Source: Phoronis australis (Eukaryota; Animalia; Phoronida). From it: a stretch of 64,000 bases of DNA. The stretch's first letter is position 1; each line of letters opens with the position of its first letter. The DNA lies in assembly GCA_002633005.1 (NCBI GenBank), contig NMRA01000842.1:59928-123927 (forward strand). Direction: 5' to 3'. The position numbers and the translations under genes were made by a program. Positions 1 through 12,627 of this stretch are shown in pieces. Below the pieces are notes generated by a model, which did no database searches, had not been told where the DNA came from, and saw nothing but the letters and a program-made list of their open reading frames with translations.

Positions 1-1886
1 GTCCTGTCTCATAAAAATAGTGTCCTGACTGTGTGACAGAATAGCAGAGCTGAAACTGAGTTAAATGTATTTTCATTAGTCAAACAAAAGAGGGTTATGA
101 ATAGACAGCCTTGGCTTAGTGGTGGGTTGTTAATGCTTCACAGCATTCAGTTAGGGATGGTTTCATCATGAGTTTGGAAGGAACCAAATAAGTAATCAAT
201 CCCCAATAGAAGGAGCAAGGCAGCTGCGAAACATTAGGAAGTTAGTTTTATAGTAAATCCCGTAAATATGGAGTAAACACTTACTTAAAGTGTCTCTTCA
301 AAATGGCTGCTGGGAACCAGTTTTCATTCAGTAAAGGAAAATTAAGTTATTCAGTGTAAACTCAGGTTTCAGGTAGCCATTTTGAAAAGGGAATCCTTTC
401 CTTCACTTCAACCCTTAATCCAGCAGTCCTTAGTTATTATTACTTGAATCAACTGTTGAGAACTGCTATTGTGCAAAATAAGTGGCTATTGATGCACAGA
501 CCTCAGGATAGGGTACACATAAGTCAGCTTTATAGCCTGCCACTTTAACTTGAAACCAGAGTTACCAATAAAGGATATCAAAAATACTCACAGTTAGCTT
601 AAATTACCCAATTAAAAACAAACTGGAAATTAACCTCTGCCAAAGAAACATTAGTGATTACAAGGAAGGACTTCTTTAACATCAAACTCATATTTTAACG
701 ATAACATGGATCAAATTTCAGCCAGATAGCAGTGAGTCCATGCTGTTAAATATTTGTCAACACCAACACACACTATAACGTGAGTTTCAAACAGATGAAA
801 TAAGATTTTACCATGTTTAGGCCATTTTCCTCATATGACAGACATTATGCATGGAGACATTAGGCTTCAGTCTTTTTTTTTTTTAAATTACTATTAGACT
901 TCGCTAACTTTAAATTGTTATGAAAGTAAGAAAGATGCTGTTTAAGAATAAATAAAAATTTGCAACCTAGCAAATTTACTTAGTAGAAGAGTACGTGTAC
1001 AGTAAATGTCTTGATTAGTTTCGCAATCAACTGTTGGCAAACATCATCATATATCAACCGATTCCCAAGTCTGCAGTTGTTCTAATTTTCAGCAGAGTGG
1101 TCACCTACTCACTTCGTGTGCTAATTTCAGCTTGAGTGAGCACATTCGAAAGAGAATGGTAGGGTGAAACCTCACCATTTAAGTACACAATTTGGTAAAC
1201 ATTTGAATTTTTTTCTCATTTTTCATAAATGGTGCATTTGTACCAAAATGATACTTTGCAATTTTAGTTCTGTACAATAGCTTCCAACACAAAATATTTT
1301 GAAAAACTGTGGGCATTTATAGCAGTGTTAGAAGCCCCTCAAAAATCAAGTTGCAGCTATTTTTGCAATTATTTCTCTCTGAAATTGACGATAGTTTACC
1401 GGATCTATTTTGCTGCCTTAGTAAAGAAGAAAAATTTTCAACATTTGAAACCCATTCAAGGTGTTCTTTCAGAAGAAGATTTCTGAGTAGTGAGTAATCT
1501 AGGCAATAGTTCTGAAATAGCAACAGCAAAATACAACCTCTACCAGCATGAAATATAATTAACATGACAGCGTTTTCCCATTCTAGGACTTTACCAGACG
1601 AAGGGGGTTGTGAGCGTGTGATAACATCTAGCTTCTTTTTAACCGCCAAGCACAGCCTTTTGTCTGCTATGACAACAGGCAGGCCAATTATCTACCAGGC
1701 TTATTACAGACCATGTGTGAACACCTTCAAACCCAGAGTGGTACATTCCGAAAGAATAGATTATCATAACTTTGGTTGCAGTTGGGCGATTTTGGCGATT
1801 CAAAAACTAAACATGATCATCATTTGATGAGGATTTCAGATATGCTATTGGTTTATGGTCAAATATGTTATAACTTAACTTTTATT

Positions 1887-2028
1887 ATGGGCGGTGAGAC
1901 ACTGAAAAAAGTGGGGGCTATAGCCCCCCCCAGCCCCCTGTGGTGCACCATCCATAAACCATGGGCACCGGAACACTGAAAAAAGGGGGGGCTATTGCCC
2001 CCCAGCTCCCTATGGTGTGTCGCCCATG
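1887..2028. mobile_element. Tandem dimer of a ~70-bp GC-rich mini-element with (C)ATGGGC...GCCCATG-like ends
   Basis: Two diverged copies of ATGGGC..ACACTGAAAAAAG-GGGGGCTAT-GCCCCCCAGC-CCC-TGGTG..CCAT separated by AAAC; no clear TSD. Confidence 0.45.
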
Positions 2029-2355
2029 TTTATTGTTAACAGCAAAGCCCAGTTATGCTAGATACCATCTTATGAAGATTAGAGCAATTGTCCAACAAAA
2101 GAGAGCTATGTCAGAATAGAGTTCATCAGTCGTGTAAGATATTGGCTACTGGGGTAAACTTCCCAACTTGTTGTTGGGCTATAGAGTCGAACAAGTTGGG
2201 AGCAACGGGAAAAACGCCATAGTTAATATAGACATACAAAGCTGAAGTAGAAGGGGCTAACTCAACAGTTGTCGCTAGTAAATAGGATGTTCTGGGTTGT
2301 GTGTTACATCACAGATGTCACCATATTGATCAAGTATAATTATACAGAGCAAGTT

Positions 2356-2444
2356 GTGGGTGAGCGCGATTCCGTGGGTGAGTGCGATTCCGTGGGTGAG
2401 CGCGATTCCGTGGGTGAGCGCGATTCCGTGGGTGAGCGCGATTC
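2356..2444. repeat. Minisatellite, 18-bp unit GTGGGTGAGCGCGATTCC x5
   Basis: Read directly; one C>T variant. Confidence 0.95.
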
Positions 2445-2562
2445 TCTTGACAGTTGGAGACAGATTATGAACACAGGCTGTCACACAACAACTGGGGATA
2501 TGTCTGATTTATACAAAGGACTTGATTGTTTTCAATGTGGTTACGTTGCATTGTAAGGCAGG

Positions 2563-2712
2563 TTGTCACATGGTAAACAACCAGTCAAGCCATTGTCACA
2601 TGGTAAACAACCAGTCAAGCCATTGTCACATGGTAAACAACCAGTCAAGCCATTGTCACATGGTAAACAACCAGTCAAGCCATTGTCACATGGTAAACAA
2701 CCAGTCAAGCCA
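2563..2712. repeat. Minisatellite, 30-bp unit TTGTCACATGGTAAACAACCAGTCAAGCCA x5
   Basis: Perfect tandem copies read directly. Confidence 0.95.
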
Positions 2713-4956
2713 TGTATAACTTGCTGCCACCTTAACATTTTTGGTGAGTAACACATCATGAAAATAGTGCTTGACCAAATTTAAGGCAAAGTTCCATTGT
2801 AACATGCTATTGGACGAGAGTTGAAGGCAAAGTTCCATTGTAACATGCTATTGGACGAGAGTACGATAAAGCAACCATAGTACAAAACAAAAGATTGAAA
2901 GTGAGGATGTGCTTTAAAATGTATCACATTAACAGTTACAAACAAATTTGGTTGGTTAATAACTATTTTTTATATGAATTCATATTATCCATTTCTGATC
3001 TAATAGAAATGGGTGATGGACAGTATGATTACTCAAATACACACTTCATATCAACCATTCCTATGAATGCATATTGAATGATATAATGCGATAGTAATGA
3101 CCATCAGCAGCAAATATAATGCTTTTCCCAAATATTAAGAAATTATATCACATTCATTGTAGTTAACTAAAGAAAACATCAGTCAACGAGAGAGAAATAA
3201 GTAAATTTTTTGTTTTTGAGATAAGCTTTTCAATTACAGACTATTTATAGCAGACCAGAAAGTTTTTGTCACCTTACATTCCCAGTAAAGATTCCGTGGC
3301 TCTTTTTTACAAAATGTGCAAAGATTTGACTCTAGGATACCAATGTGACTCTAGGATACCAATTTTGACCAGAAAGTCATAGTCTGTGGCAACAATTCAA
3401 TGAAGACAACTTTTTCTTGAATTATCAGTAAAATTATGAGAGCAAGCATAAAGTCTTCCCGCCACCATTGGGAGGAAAAATTTGATTCCCAGTAAAACTC
3501 ACATGTTGGATTTTTGCAAAAACCTTCAATTAATTCAGAGTATATGACGTTTATTTGTCGTATTTTCTAATATTTTCAGAAATTTGGAAGACTTACAGAA
3601 AACTGCATTTCTGGAATTTGTCAAATTGAAAAATTGCATGCATAAAATCTTAAGGGGTGAAGAGGAAGCATAACCGATACAAAGTAAGACGCAAAACATA
3701 AAGTCCCCCCTAGACGAATTTATACCAGCACTTTTGAAGACCGTTGCCTAGTTAACGAGTATATTATACCAGATTGGCTGATGATGAAAATCTTCATCCT
3801 TGTCAGTGTCCCGAATTTGGGTGAAATATCCAAAAAACCAAGAAGAAAATAAATATTCAGTAAACACATATGGTAAAAAGCAACTCCAAAATGTAAACCG
3901 TTGTGAAATAAGTATTGTTACAACAGCTCGAGTCTTTCCAAAAACGTGATTGGCTGAATTAGTCTGTGGAATACTGATAAGAGATTCGATAAAATACTAG
4001 ATGTGGAGCATTTTACAACCTTCCTGTAAACATGTTTGTGCCATTTCAGTTACCTTTTTTCTTGATAAAAATAGTTTAAAGCGTTACACTGATTGCCTGG
4101 ATAGCAAATGAACGAGATTAGGTAACAATAGATTTAATTACAGTAACTATGCCAAGAATTGTAATTGTTAAGGCTCTTCTCGAACAGATCAATAACTCTT
4201 GACATTCGGTTTCATAAAGTTTTTGTTAAAGTTTAGTTTGATGTTTTCAAATAGATTGTCCCTAAAAATAAGTCGCAAAAAGGTTAAGTTTGACATCAGC
4301 CAAGAAAGGGTGACATTAAAAATATTAACAGCTGACATAATTTATGTTCATTCGTATCAGCCATAATGGTAGTGTAGATCAGCAATTTTATGCAAAATAT
4401 TCTCACAGCATGCCACATCTGGTAACGCTGAACTAAAAACTCTCCATGTACACCTCCAATCATACATCAGGGTTTGGTAATTTTTAACTTATTTTTCATA
4501 AAATCAATTGCTAAACCTGTCATTTCCCAATATCGAAAGGCTGACTACAGTAGCTTCAAGTAATAGAAAATTTACTATATGTTGCTTGACGACACTTACA
4601 CTGCCCAAACCAAGCTAATTATGAATTAGAATTTTCTACATCTTTACTTTAATGTAGACAAAATTTCACTGTTCTGCCATTTTTTATGATAAGAACTCCT
4701 GTACCCATCCCCAAAGTATATTTGATTTCACCTTTTAAATTAAAATATAAGTCAAAAACTATCCCACAATGCATTTGAAAAGCAACTGCATGCCCACATT
4801 CTAAGCAGAATAAGACATTTCCATTGTCGAGATGGCTGACGGAACAACTTTACAGGAGTTCTAATCTTGAAGACTTCAAGCATTTTTAAATGCAAATTAA
4901 GACTGCAATTATGTATAATTATGTATAATTATGTATAATTATTTTGATGATTTCAG

Positions 4957-4993
4957 CTATTTCTGGAACTAGCGGCTAGTCTGGAAGCAAAAA
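4957..4993 (+). other. Probable 5'-UTR micro-exon of the GPCR gene, followed by a 70-nt intron (4994-5063)
   Basis: TTTCAG| acceptor at 4955-56, |GTATGA donor at 4994, pyrimidine tract and TTTTAG| acceptor at 5062-63, 17 nt before the ATG. Confidence 0.45.
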
Positions 4994-5080
4994 GTATGAG
5001 AGGTCAAAATACAGAATTGTTATACCCTTTCCTCTTGTACATTCTCACATTCTTTGATTTTAGGCTAAGAGCGCGAGACA

Positions 5081-6223
5081 ATGGCAACAGAATCAGACTA
5101 TCCACTGTACTTGGACATTTCAGTAGAGGATGGCACCTACATGATGCGTAATTTGTCGATATTCGACTTGAAAAAGTCCCGGCCTATCGAACCAGGTGAA
5201 GCAATCGCTATTGCCATGAGCACTTTGGCGCTCATCTTCAATATTCTTGCACTCCTGTCAATCACTCATGTCAAAGGTCACCTGTCAACCAATCTTCGCT
5301 TGATCACCAGCTTGACTCTGTCTGACATGCTGGTGGGTACCGCCTACATGATCAAGGTAACCAAAAGAGCTGTGAGCCCGGTGTTCCACTCCATTTTTAC
5401 ACAGTGCCTTGAACATGTGACCCATGCCCTCATCACATCAGCACACATCATTGTTCTGTTAAATCTTCTTGGATTGGCCGTCGATCATTTCTGTGCGATC
5501 GTGAAACCACTCGGTTACCCAGTGCTCATGAGTCACCGCAGGGTCAACATGATGATCATGTCATTTTGGAGTGGAGCATTTCTCATTGGATTCTCCCGCT
5601 TTATCATGCCGGTGACAATTTACTACCACTGCAAACAATACGCATCTTACCAAAGTTACTGTGAGTACGTGGAGTGTAGTAGATACGACCCAGAGTATGC
5701 GATGTACTGTGTCGTACTTATTGCATTCACATCAATGGCTTGCTTATACACACGCATATTCATCAAAATCCGCACCTACCAAAGAATGCAGGGTAGACAT
5801 AAGAAACATCACAAGCCCAACACAAAAGGACTTCTGACCACCGTCTTAATTGTGGCATCGTTCGCGTTGCTATGGATTCCTTATTGCATATTCACTACTT
5901 ACATACACGTTGGGCTTATTCGCTTCCCCATGGAAGCAATCAACTACTTCAAGATAAAGAAAGAAGCCGAGTATTACCTGTACGATCTCGTGCTGCTCAA
6001 TTCTATGTTTGACCCAGTTATTTATGCAGTGCGCATGCGCGACGTTCGACAGGGTTTTAGCCGTTTCCAAAAGCGCTTCAGGAAGAATGAGAGGAGGAAG
6101 TTGTCACAAACGAGTACACTAGAAAATAGAACTCTAAACACAAACAGTGCTGTCACCTTGTCCCTTAAAAACGACTTCAACAATGGTGAGGCAGATGTTA
6201 ATCAAAACAGCAACGAAGTCTAA
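5081..6223 (+). CDS. Class A (rhodopsin-like) GPCR, melanocortin/adenosine-receptor-like orphan, 380 aa, intronless CDS
   Basis: Seven hydrophobic segments; TM1 FN, TM2 LTLSD, TM3 LAVDHFCAIVKPLGY (DRY equivalent), TM4 W, TM6 LLWIPY, TM7 NSMFDPVIYA plus helix 8; basic, Ser/Thr-rich tail; ACAATGG start context. Confidence 0.93.
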   Translation: MATESDYPLYLDISVEDGTYMMRNLSIFDLKKSRPIEPGEAIAIAMSTLALIFNILALLSITHVKGHLSTNLRLITSLTLSDMLVGTAYMIKVTKRAVSPVFHSIFTQCLEHVTHALITSAHIIVLLNLLGLAVDHFCAIVKPLGYPVLMSHRRVNMMIMSFWSGAFLIGFSRFIMPVTIYYHCKQYASYQSYCEYVECSRYDPEYAMYCVVLIAFTSMACLYTRIFIKIRTYQRMQGRHKKHHKPNTKGLLTTVLIVASFALLWIPYCIFTTYIHVGLIRFPMEAINYFKIKKEAEYYLYDLVLLNSMFDPVIYAVRMRDVRQGFSRFQKRFRKNERRKLSQTSTLENRTLNTNSAVTLSLKNDFNNGEADVNQNSNEV

Positions 6224-7764
6224 GCAGGATAACACTGACAACTAAAGTCGCTTTTACGCGACAAACACTAGACAAGGAACGAGCAGATCTGTGTCTGTGC
6301 TATTTACACAACATTACTTAGTGGAAACTGGGTCAGCACAGAAGTCAGACACAGCCAGCCAGTCTGTGCACGCTCAGGTTAACAATGGCAAATGCCCAAA
6401 ATCTTATAGAATTTCAGTGACAAAATGAAGCTAAAAGGCAAGGCAGTGAATGGCGACTCGTAGATATAGTGCAAAATGATCACCCAATGTGCAAGCCATC
6501 GTGTAACAAGGCCAAGTGAGATGAACCATTCCACCTAACTACCAGTCTGTCTGTATTTAGATACAATTTACTCTACCTCAGAAACATGTGACAAAACTTA
6601 TTGCCACAGTGGCAGTTTGTTCTGCGTGAGTTCTGCTTACACACACGCTAGTGCCAGATCATCTCGGTTCCTGTAAGTTGTTGCGTGCCAACTTAATGTG
6701 TAAATGTTACATAATGGAACTCATGACAGGACCGTGCTTAAGTCATGATACTCTAGCAGAAATGAATGCAGCGACTCACAGTCACCTCCTGAATAAAGGT
6801 ACTTGCTGGTGGTAAATGGATGTTTTCTAAACAAAAGTACCCAAGTTTTGAACCTGTTGCTTGAATGTGCATAATTAGAGGCAGGTTACCTCCACTGACT
6901 GAAGCCATACACAATGAAACAGGATTAAACAGAATAAGCTGTATGAGTATATATTAACGTGATAGTTTCACTTAGAATATGGTGAATTACAAGAAAGAAT
7001 GCTTTTAAAAGATTTCATGACTGCTCGAAGTGTTCTTCACAACCTGTCTTGACTCTTCGCTGCGTCATGTTTGAATATTGCAGCAATGACCTTGAAGTAT
7101 CGGGAGATTAGTCATTTATAAGCAAAATACTAGGATATTTTGGACGAATGGTACCAGCTCAATGCATTGATTACAAAATGCAACACATAAACTCACCACA
7201 CTTTGGACATGAACAGGTGCATGAATTTTGCAATTTCAGTAGAGTTTGAATTGTCCGTAGTGGAGAACACTGACCCCATCCAATATTCAGACCATGTTTC
7301 AAGCGGTCACCTTAAATAACATCAGCGTTCCACACGGGATTATAAAAGGTGTAACAATTTGCGATTCAAGCCAGACTTTACTGAAAGTGTTACATCCTTT
7401 TTAAGCTTGCGATGCTTTGCAGTTTATATGATGTATGCAATAATTTCAAAGTTACAAAAAATACAAAAATGCCAGTGACTCTAGTTTTTGATAAAACACT
7501 TCAATGCTATGAATTCCAGTAAAATTTATTTAGCGTGTCCTGTAATTGTTTCTTTTAGTTCTGCACATACACTAGTATACACAGCTTTATGTTACGTAGA
7601 CAGGTTCTCGTTCAAGGCTACACATGAGATAATTAGCACTCCATCATTTTTGATTAGCCATGGAAAATATATCAAGTAATTATAGATGAAAAGGTGAACA
7701 GAATGTACAAAATTTTGAAGAAAAAGTGACTTAGAAATGTCCACATATTTGAATCGAGGTTTAA

Positions 7765-7947
7765 TTTTCTGACGACAGTGTTTTAATTTTTTAACAACAA
7801 AGCGTTTCAATTTTCTGACAATACAATGTTCAATTTTCTGACAACACAGTGTTTCAATTTTCAGACACCGTGTTTCAATTTTCTGACAACACAGTGTTTC
7901 AATTTTCTAACACAGTGTTTTAATTTTCTGACAACACAGTGTTTTAA
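7765..7947. repeat. Degenerate ~22-24-bp tandem repeat (AATTTTCTGACAACACAGTGTTTC-like, ~8 copies)
   Basis: Read directly. Confidence 0.85.
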
Positions 7948-8673
7948 TGGGAAAATTGTCCCACATTTTTCATGTAGTGCTTTTGTTATTTGTTGTGCTT
8001 AATTAAAGATGAAGCATGGTATTAATCTTAGAGAGAAGTGTTAAATACTGAACCTATTTTTGAGTGACTATGAGAATAGCCGTGTTGTGAATGACATTGA
8101 AAGAATATTTACTTTGTCCCAACTCCTTTTATGAATTGAAAGATGTAGTAACCAAATATTTGAAGAACAACATTTAATTAAGAATACAGTTTGTTACTGC
8201 AGACTGCAATGTTACGTTATGTTGCGTTATGTTATTCCGATTAGGCGTACAAATACACTTGTTTCCCGCCATGTAAGAAGACTTTCTACAGTGTAGTTCT
8301 AGCGCCAGATGTCGCTCTCTCTGACTATTTATTCTGGTACCGCCCTTTTTGAACGCCATTCCACAAACGTTTTATGGTGGATAAATGTCAATGTACATAA
8401 TTGTTTTCTTCGGAATTTGGTTGGACTTGGGGTGATATTGGCGTAAGTACTCATGTTTCTTATAATACAGTTTATTTGCATTCATTAGTATATTAGTTTT
8501 TCCATGTTTTCTCAGGTGTACTTAATGTTTTGAATGCTTGCTACTATGTATACCCTTTGCCAGTTATCATTTTACTTGGGCGTTGTCCTCCTAAATGTTA
8601 CTGTATATACATGATAGAGCACTATGCAACGTGTAAGCTTGAACATAGTTTTTTTTGGTTATTTCAGTTTACC

Positions 8674-8700
8674 TACTACTACTACTACTACTACTACTAT
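8674..8700. repeat. (TAC)n microsatellite
   Basis: About 9 TAC units. Confidence 0.9.
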
Positions 8701-9259
8701 CACGCCTCCTACTACCGCAACATATTGTGTCAATAAAGAGTAAAGCCCCCCGAACCTGTTTGTTTTGCTCCAACACAGTTATTGGTCCTTTATCAAACAT
8801 TTCGTTTGACGTATAAAGCCAACATTTTTACTCTGCACTCCAGCTATCAGGAATAGACTGTGATGACGTAAGAATGTAACAGCCCAAGAAACAAACGACT
8901 CTAAGAAGTTGTAATATGACCGATCACAAGCAACCATTCCAATTGCGTTGTGTAGACAGATTATCTTAAGCTGTAATATGGCCAATCACAATCAACCATT
9001 CCAATTGTGTTATGTAGACAGGCTCATGTCAGTCAGTTTGAATACATCTTCATCAAAGACTTCACTCAGTTCCACAAACACATTACAGAATAGAAACGAA
9101 AAAATAAGCAAAAAATCTCTGAAATCACAGCAAAACTAAATGATACAGGCAGTGAACAGGCACCATTGCTATTTTATCCATCCTGTGGACTCGTGTATAA
9201 TGTATTTGTTTGGTTTATGGTACATTTCAACTTAGTGTACATCACACAGCAGTACCTAC

Positions 9260-9380
9260 CAAGACGTAGTGACCGAACAAGTTGGTGGTAAACACTTGCT
9301 TCAAGCCCTCCGGCGTACTCTGGTCATCCTGCTTCAGCAAGCCGTGGCCGGTGGAAAACATGTGCGCCACCTGGCGAGGA
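9260..9380 (-). CDS. HSD17B7: HSD17B7-like coding exon 4 (121 bp): PRQVAHMFSTGHGLLKQDDQSTPEGLKQVFTTNLFGHYVL
   Basis: Not in the ORF track; translated by hand. TTTCAG| acceptor, |GTAGGT donor, phase compatible with exon 3; resembles the vertebrate HSD17B7 segment KVIHMFSTAEGLL...FETNVFGHFIL. Confidence 0.9.
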
Positions 9381-10494
9381 CTGAAACGAACAATTGGATG
9401 AAACACCTAGGATTCTAACTTGGTTATTCAATTACTATATTCTTCAGGGATCATTTTAGAAAAAATTGGCTTCAAATCTACATGCCAATATTTAGGACCT
9501 AAGTGTCATGTTGTCTGACCTTTTTTGATCCAATTTTTAGGGGTAGCATTTAAATATGCGCCATTACCTCTGACATTGGTCAGAACCACTAACTGCATTT
9601 CAGTTTAACTAAACACATAAAATCTGGGATCTGTACTGTCGCAATGCTAGACCCCAATGGCTGTTTGCACAAAACATTCTTAATTTGGGACTCGACTAAG
9701 TTTCATAAATCATTTGCGCATTTATTTTGTTCATAACTCACAGAAGTAACACTTTTTCTATCACTTATCTTTATTATGAGCTCCTCTTTGACTAAAGACA
9801 TTTCCTAACAATAAAACTAAAAACTGAGCTCTTACAGAACGTATTTGCACACTCCTAACTATGCTAATATATAGCACGAACTAAATGACAATGCCATTTT
9901 AACATGATCTACATTAAACAAAGTAAAGTTGTATTCCTTGACAACTTGTACATGTGAAAACAAAAATTCTGCAAATAGGTGACTTTTGCATAAATGATAT
10001 AATTCTGTGTTTCTAACTAATATGACCAAGCAATCAGAGAGATGGGGAATTAACATGCAAGCTCCACTTTATTTCAATCAAAATAATTAAAGACTTGGTT
10101 GCATGAAAAAATCCCTACTTATTTTCGATGTTTTCACAATCCCACAAATACACAGTAGATTTTGGGAACTTAGTTGGAACTGTTTCATGTGACCAGAAAT
10201 TGCTGTTCTGATCGGCAGCTTTGCATTGTCGTTGTTTTAGAATCTGAATGCAAAGCATTAGATCCAAGACAAAATTGAGCAAAATTGTGATAGTTTTAGT
10301 GCCCCCGTTAACCCAAGTTGAGCAATCATAGTGCGCAAATGAAATTTTTAATAGGCCAATGACGCATGGTCGCTCCTAATATTATCCCCGACTCTGTTCT
10401 ATAAAAACAACAAACTTGGGTCGAAAATCTGGTCGCTCAGCTCTGATGACAGATTCAGATTACACAGAAGTCCTCAATTTAGTATAATTCAGCA

Positions 10495-10650
10495 TTAGTG
10501 CCTCTGATGCAGATTTTGTTAAAAACCATTTGACATTGATTGTTTGATAACTCAGGGATCAACTGCCTACGTATATGTGTTCCCACACAAGGAGTATTTT
10601 TAGACAATACGAGAAATGCAGAAAGAAGTTATCTAACAAAATCTCTAAGT
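10495..10650 (+). mobile_element. Decayed Penelope-like element fragment (paralog of 48960-49233)
   Basis: Shares CAAGGAGTATTTTTAGACAA.ACGAGAAAT.CAGAAAGAAGTTATC and upstream GCAGA..GTTAAAAAC..GACATT..GATAACT with the 49-kb copy. Confidence 0.55.
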
Positions 10651-11698
10651 GTGCTTAGATGTTGATGGACTGCACTAGTCTTGCAGAAGTGAAAAAGGCT
10701 CCTAACTGAAGTTACATAATTACGTTAATATAATCTGCAATGATAATATATATCATGAATCATGCTAAGATACACCACAGAGTCCCTTGCTTCAAAAGTT
10801 ATCTCGTTTTTTTAAACCAAAAACATGTCCGCAAAAAAGCACTCATGAATCTGCACTGGACAATGTTTTACATCTGACGACATAATCTTAACAATTCACA
10901 GTTTGGAATAATTGTTCATTAAAAGCGTACCACCATACTCCACACGAAATAACCTCAACCGATGCCTAGGCAGACAAATTTCTCAATGACTCGTAACCAT
11001 ATAAGCAACATAAATGTAGGACACTAAAACCCTGCCTAGCCTAGGTTCCTGACTTCAACTGTCCCAAATCCAAATAATATCTGCGTGCACCTCCCACAGA
11101 CTGGTATTACATAAACCTCGCAAGCCTTATCTTTCTTTGATCCCATTAAATTGTCCTTGTGAGTGGTGGATAGGCGACAGAAGTTCCAAAAGGAACGCAA
11201 AACCCTGCAGTCAAGAAAGCTCAGTTGTTAACACGGTGGATTTCAGTTGTTACCTTCCTCGCCTGGTGAAAAGAAAACTGGAACTAATTTCTAAGGCAAA
11301 GGCAGGAAATTTGACGTCAAATTTAAGTGATTGAGGTTACTAAAATAAATATACTTTTGCACGTAATTTGCTTCTGCTTAGTGCTCATTTTATCATTAAA
11401 TCTAGAATTTACATGCAAGAACTGTAGCATCATATGTTTGATCTTGATATTGTGTGCTACTCTTGGTTGAAGTACAACGAACACTCCGGTTTTGAAAGAG
11501 ATTTGCGATGTATAACCGCACATTAATGCTAGGATATCACCTATTGACAATTGTTGGGTTTCATAGTAAGCCTACATTAAGGCCAGCAACCCTTGGTTTT
11601 TCTACTATAACAATGTTTTTTACACACATTCAAATTAACACTATTTTTAATATCATATGAAGAGCTTTCAAATAACATTCATGGATGTGAGGAAAACA

Positions 11699-11808
11699 CC
11701 AAACTGGTGTTTATTTCCAAACTGGTGTTTATTTCCAAACTGGTGTTTATTTCCAAACTGGTGTTTATTTCCAAACTGGTGTTTATTTCCAAACTGGTGT
11801 TTATTTCC
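11699..11808. repeat. Minisatellite, 18-bp unit CCAAACTGGTGTTTATTT x6
   Basis: Perfect tandem copies. Confidence 0.95.
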
Positions 11809-12460
11809 TGAAGTTCTTCCTCAATTTTCATAGCAAACAAACTCATCGAGTTGTAATATCGACCGAGGACATTCTCCTAGCAGACCGTTGCCTCCCAGTG
11901 AAAAAAATATTCTATGAAGTTTACTGTACAGTGTTTCCCCTGGGTTTTGCAAGGAGCGTGGTGGTGAATGGCCAAAACGGGGTGCAAAGCCCGTTGCTGC
12001 ACGCGAATATGAGAAATGGGATCCCCCTATTAGCTGGGTTTCGAAAGGAGCATGATGGAGAATGCTCGACGCGGATGCGGAACCCGGCACCACATGCGAG
12101 CATGGGATGACTTTCGCCAGGAAAAATTTGAAAATAAGATGTAATTGTGGGTGCAGTTTGCTCATCATAGACAACATAGACAAAACCTTAACCCAAGCAT
12201 CATGTAGTGGAAGTATCTGGGTAAAGAACACTTCGCAAGACAATTTGGCAATGAAGAGTCCAGCATAGTGTGATCTCTGTCGCACTTGAGTACAAAAAAC
12301 AGTTATCCACGAAGTGACAAACATAGAACAAAAAATATTTTAACTTTGTAGACGTAATAAACTAATTCGTGTAATGAAACTTCCGTTAATACCGTCTTGC
12401 TAAACATAAATCAGTGATAGTGGATTGGCGTTGGCCAGCGTAGCAGACGATGTAATAATC

Positions 12461-12598
12461 TGTGGTGCCACCTATCAGTTACTACGATTTGTTAAATCAC
12501 TGTAGTTTAGTCTCATTTTTTGTCAATATACCAACATCAAGTGTCTGCTTCAATATAGTATTTTATTCGCTTATAATTGTGTGTTTCTGATCCCTATA
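12461..12598 (+). repeat. 5' LTR (138 bp)
   Basis: Starts TGTGG; direct repeat of 15859-15995; terminal CA mutated to TA. Confidence 0.95.
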
Positions 12599-12627
12599 TT
12601 GGTGACCTCAAACAGTGAACACTTACA

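Noticed and set aside
2356-2712. Repeat arrays as CRISPR or as repetitive-peptide ORFs
   Set aside because: No unique spacers and eukaryotic context; the ORFs are open in several frames simply because the units lack stops
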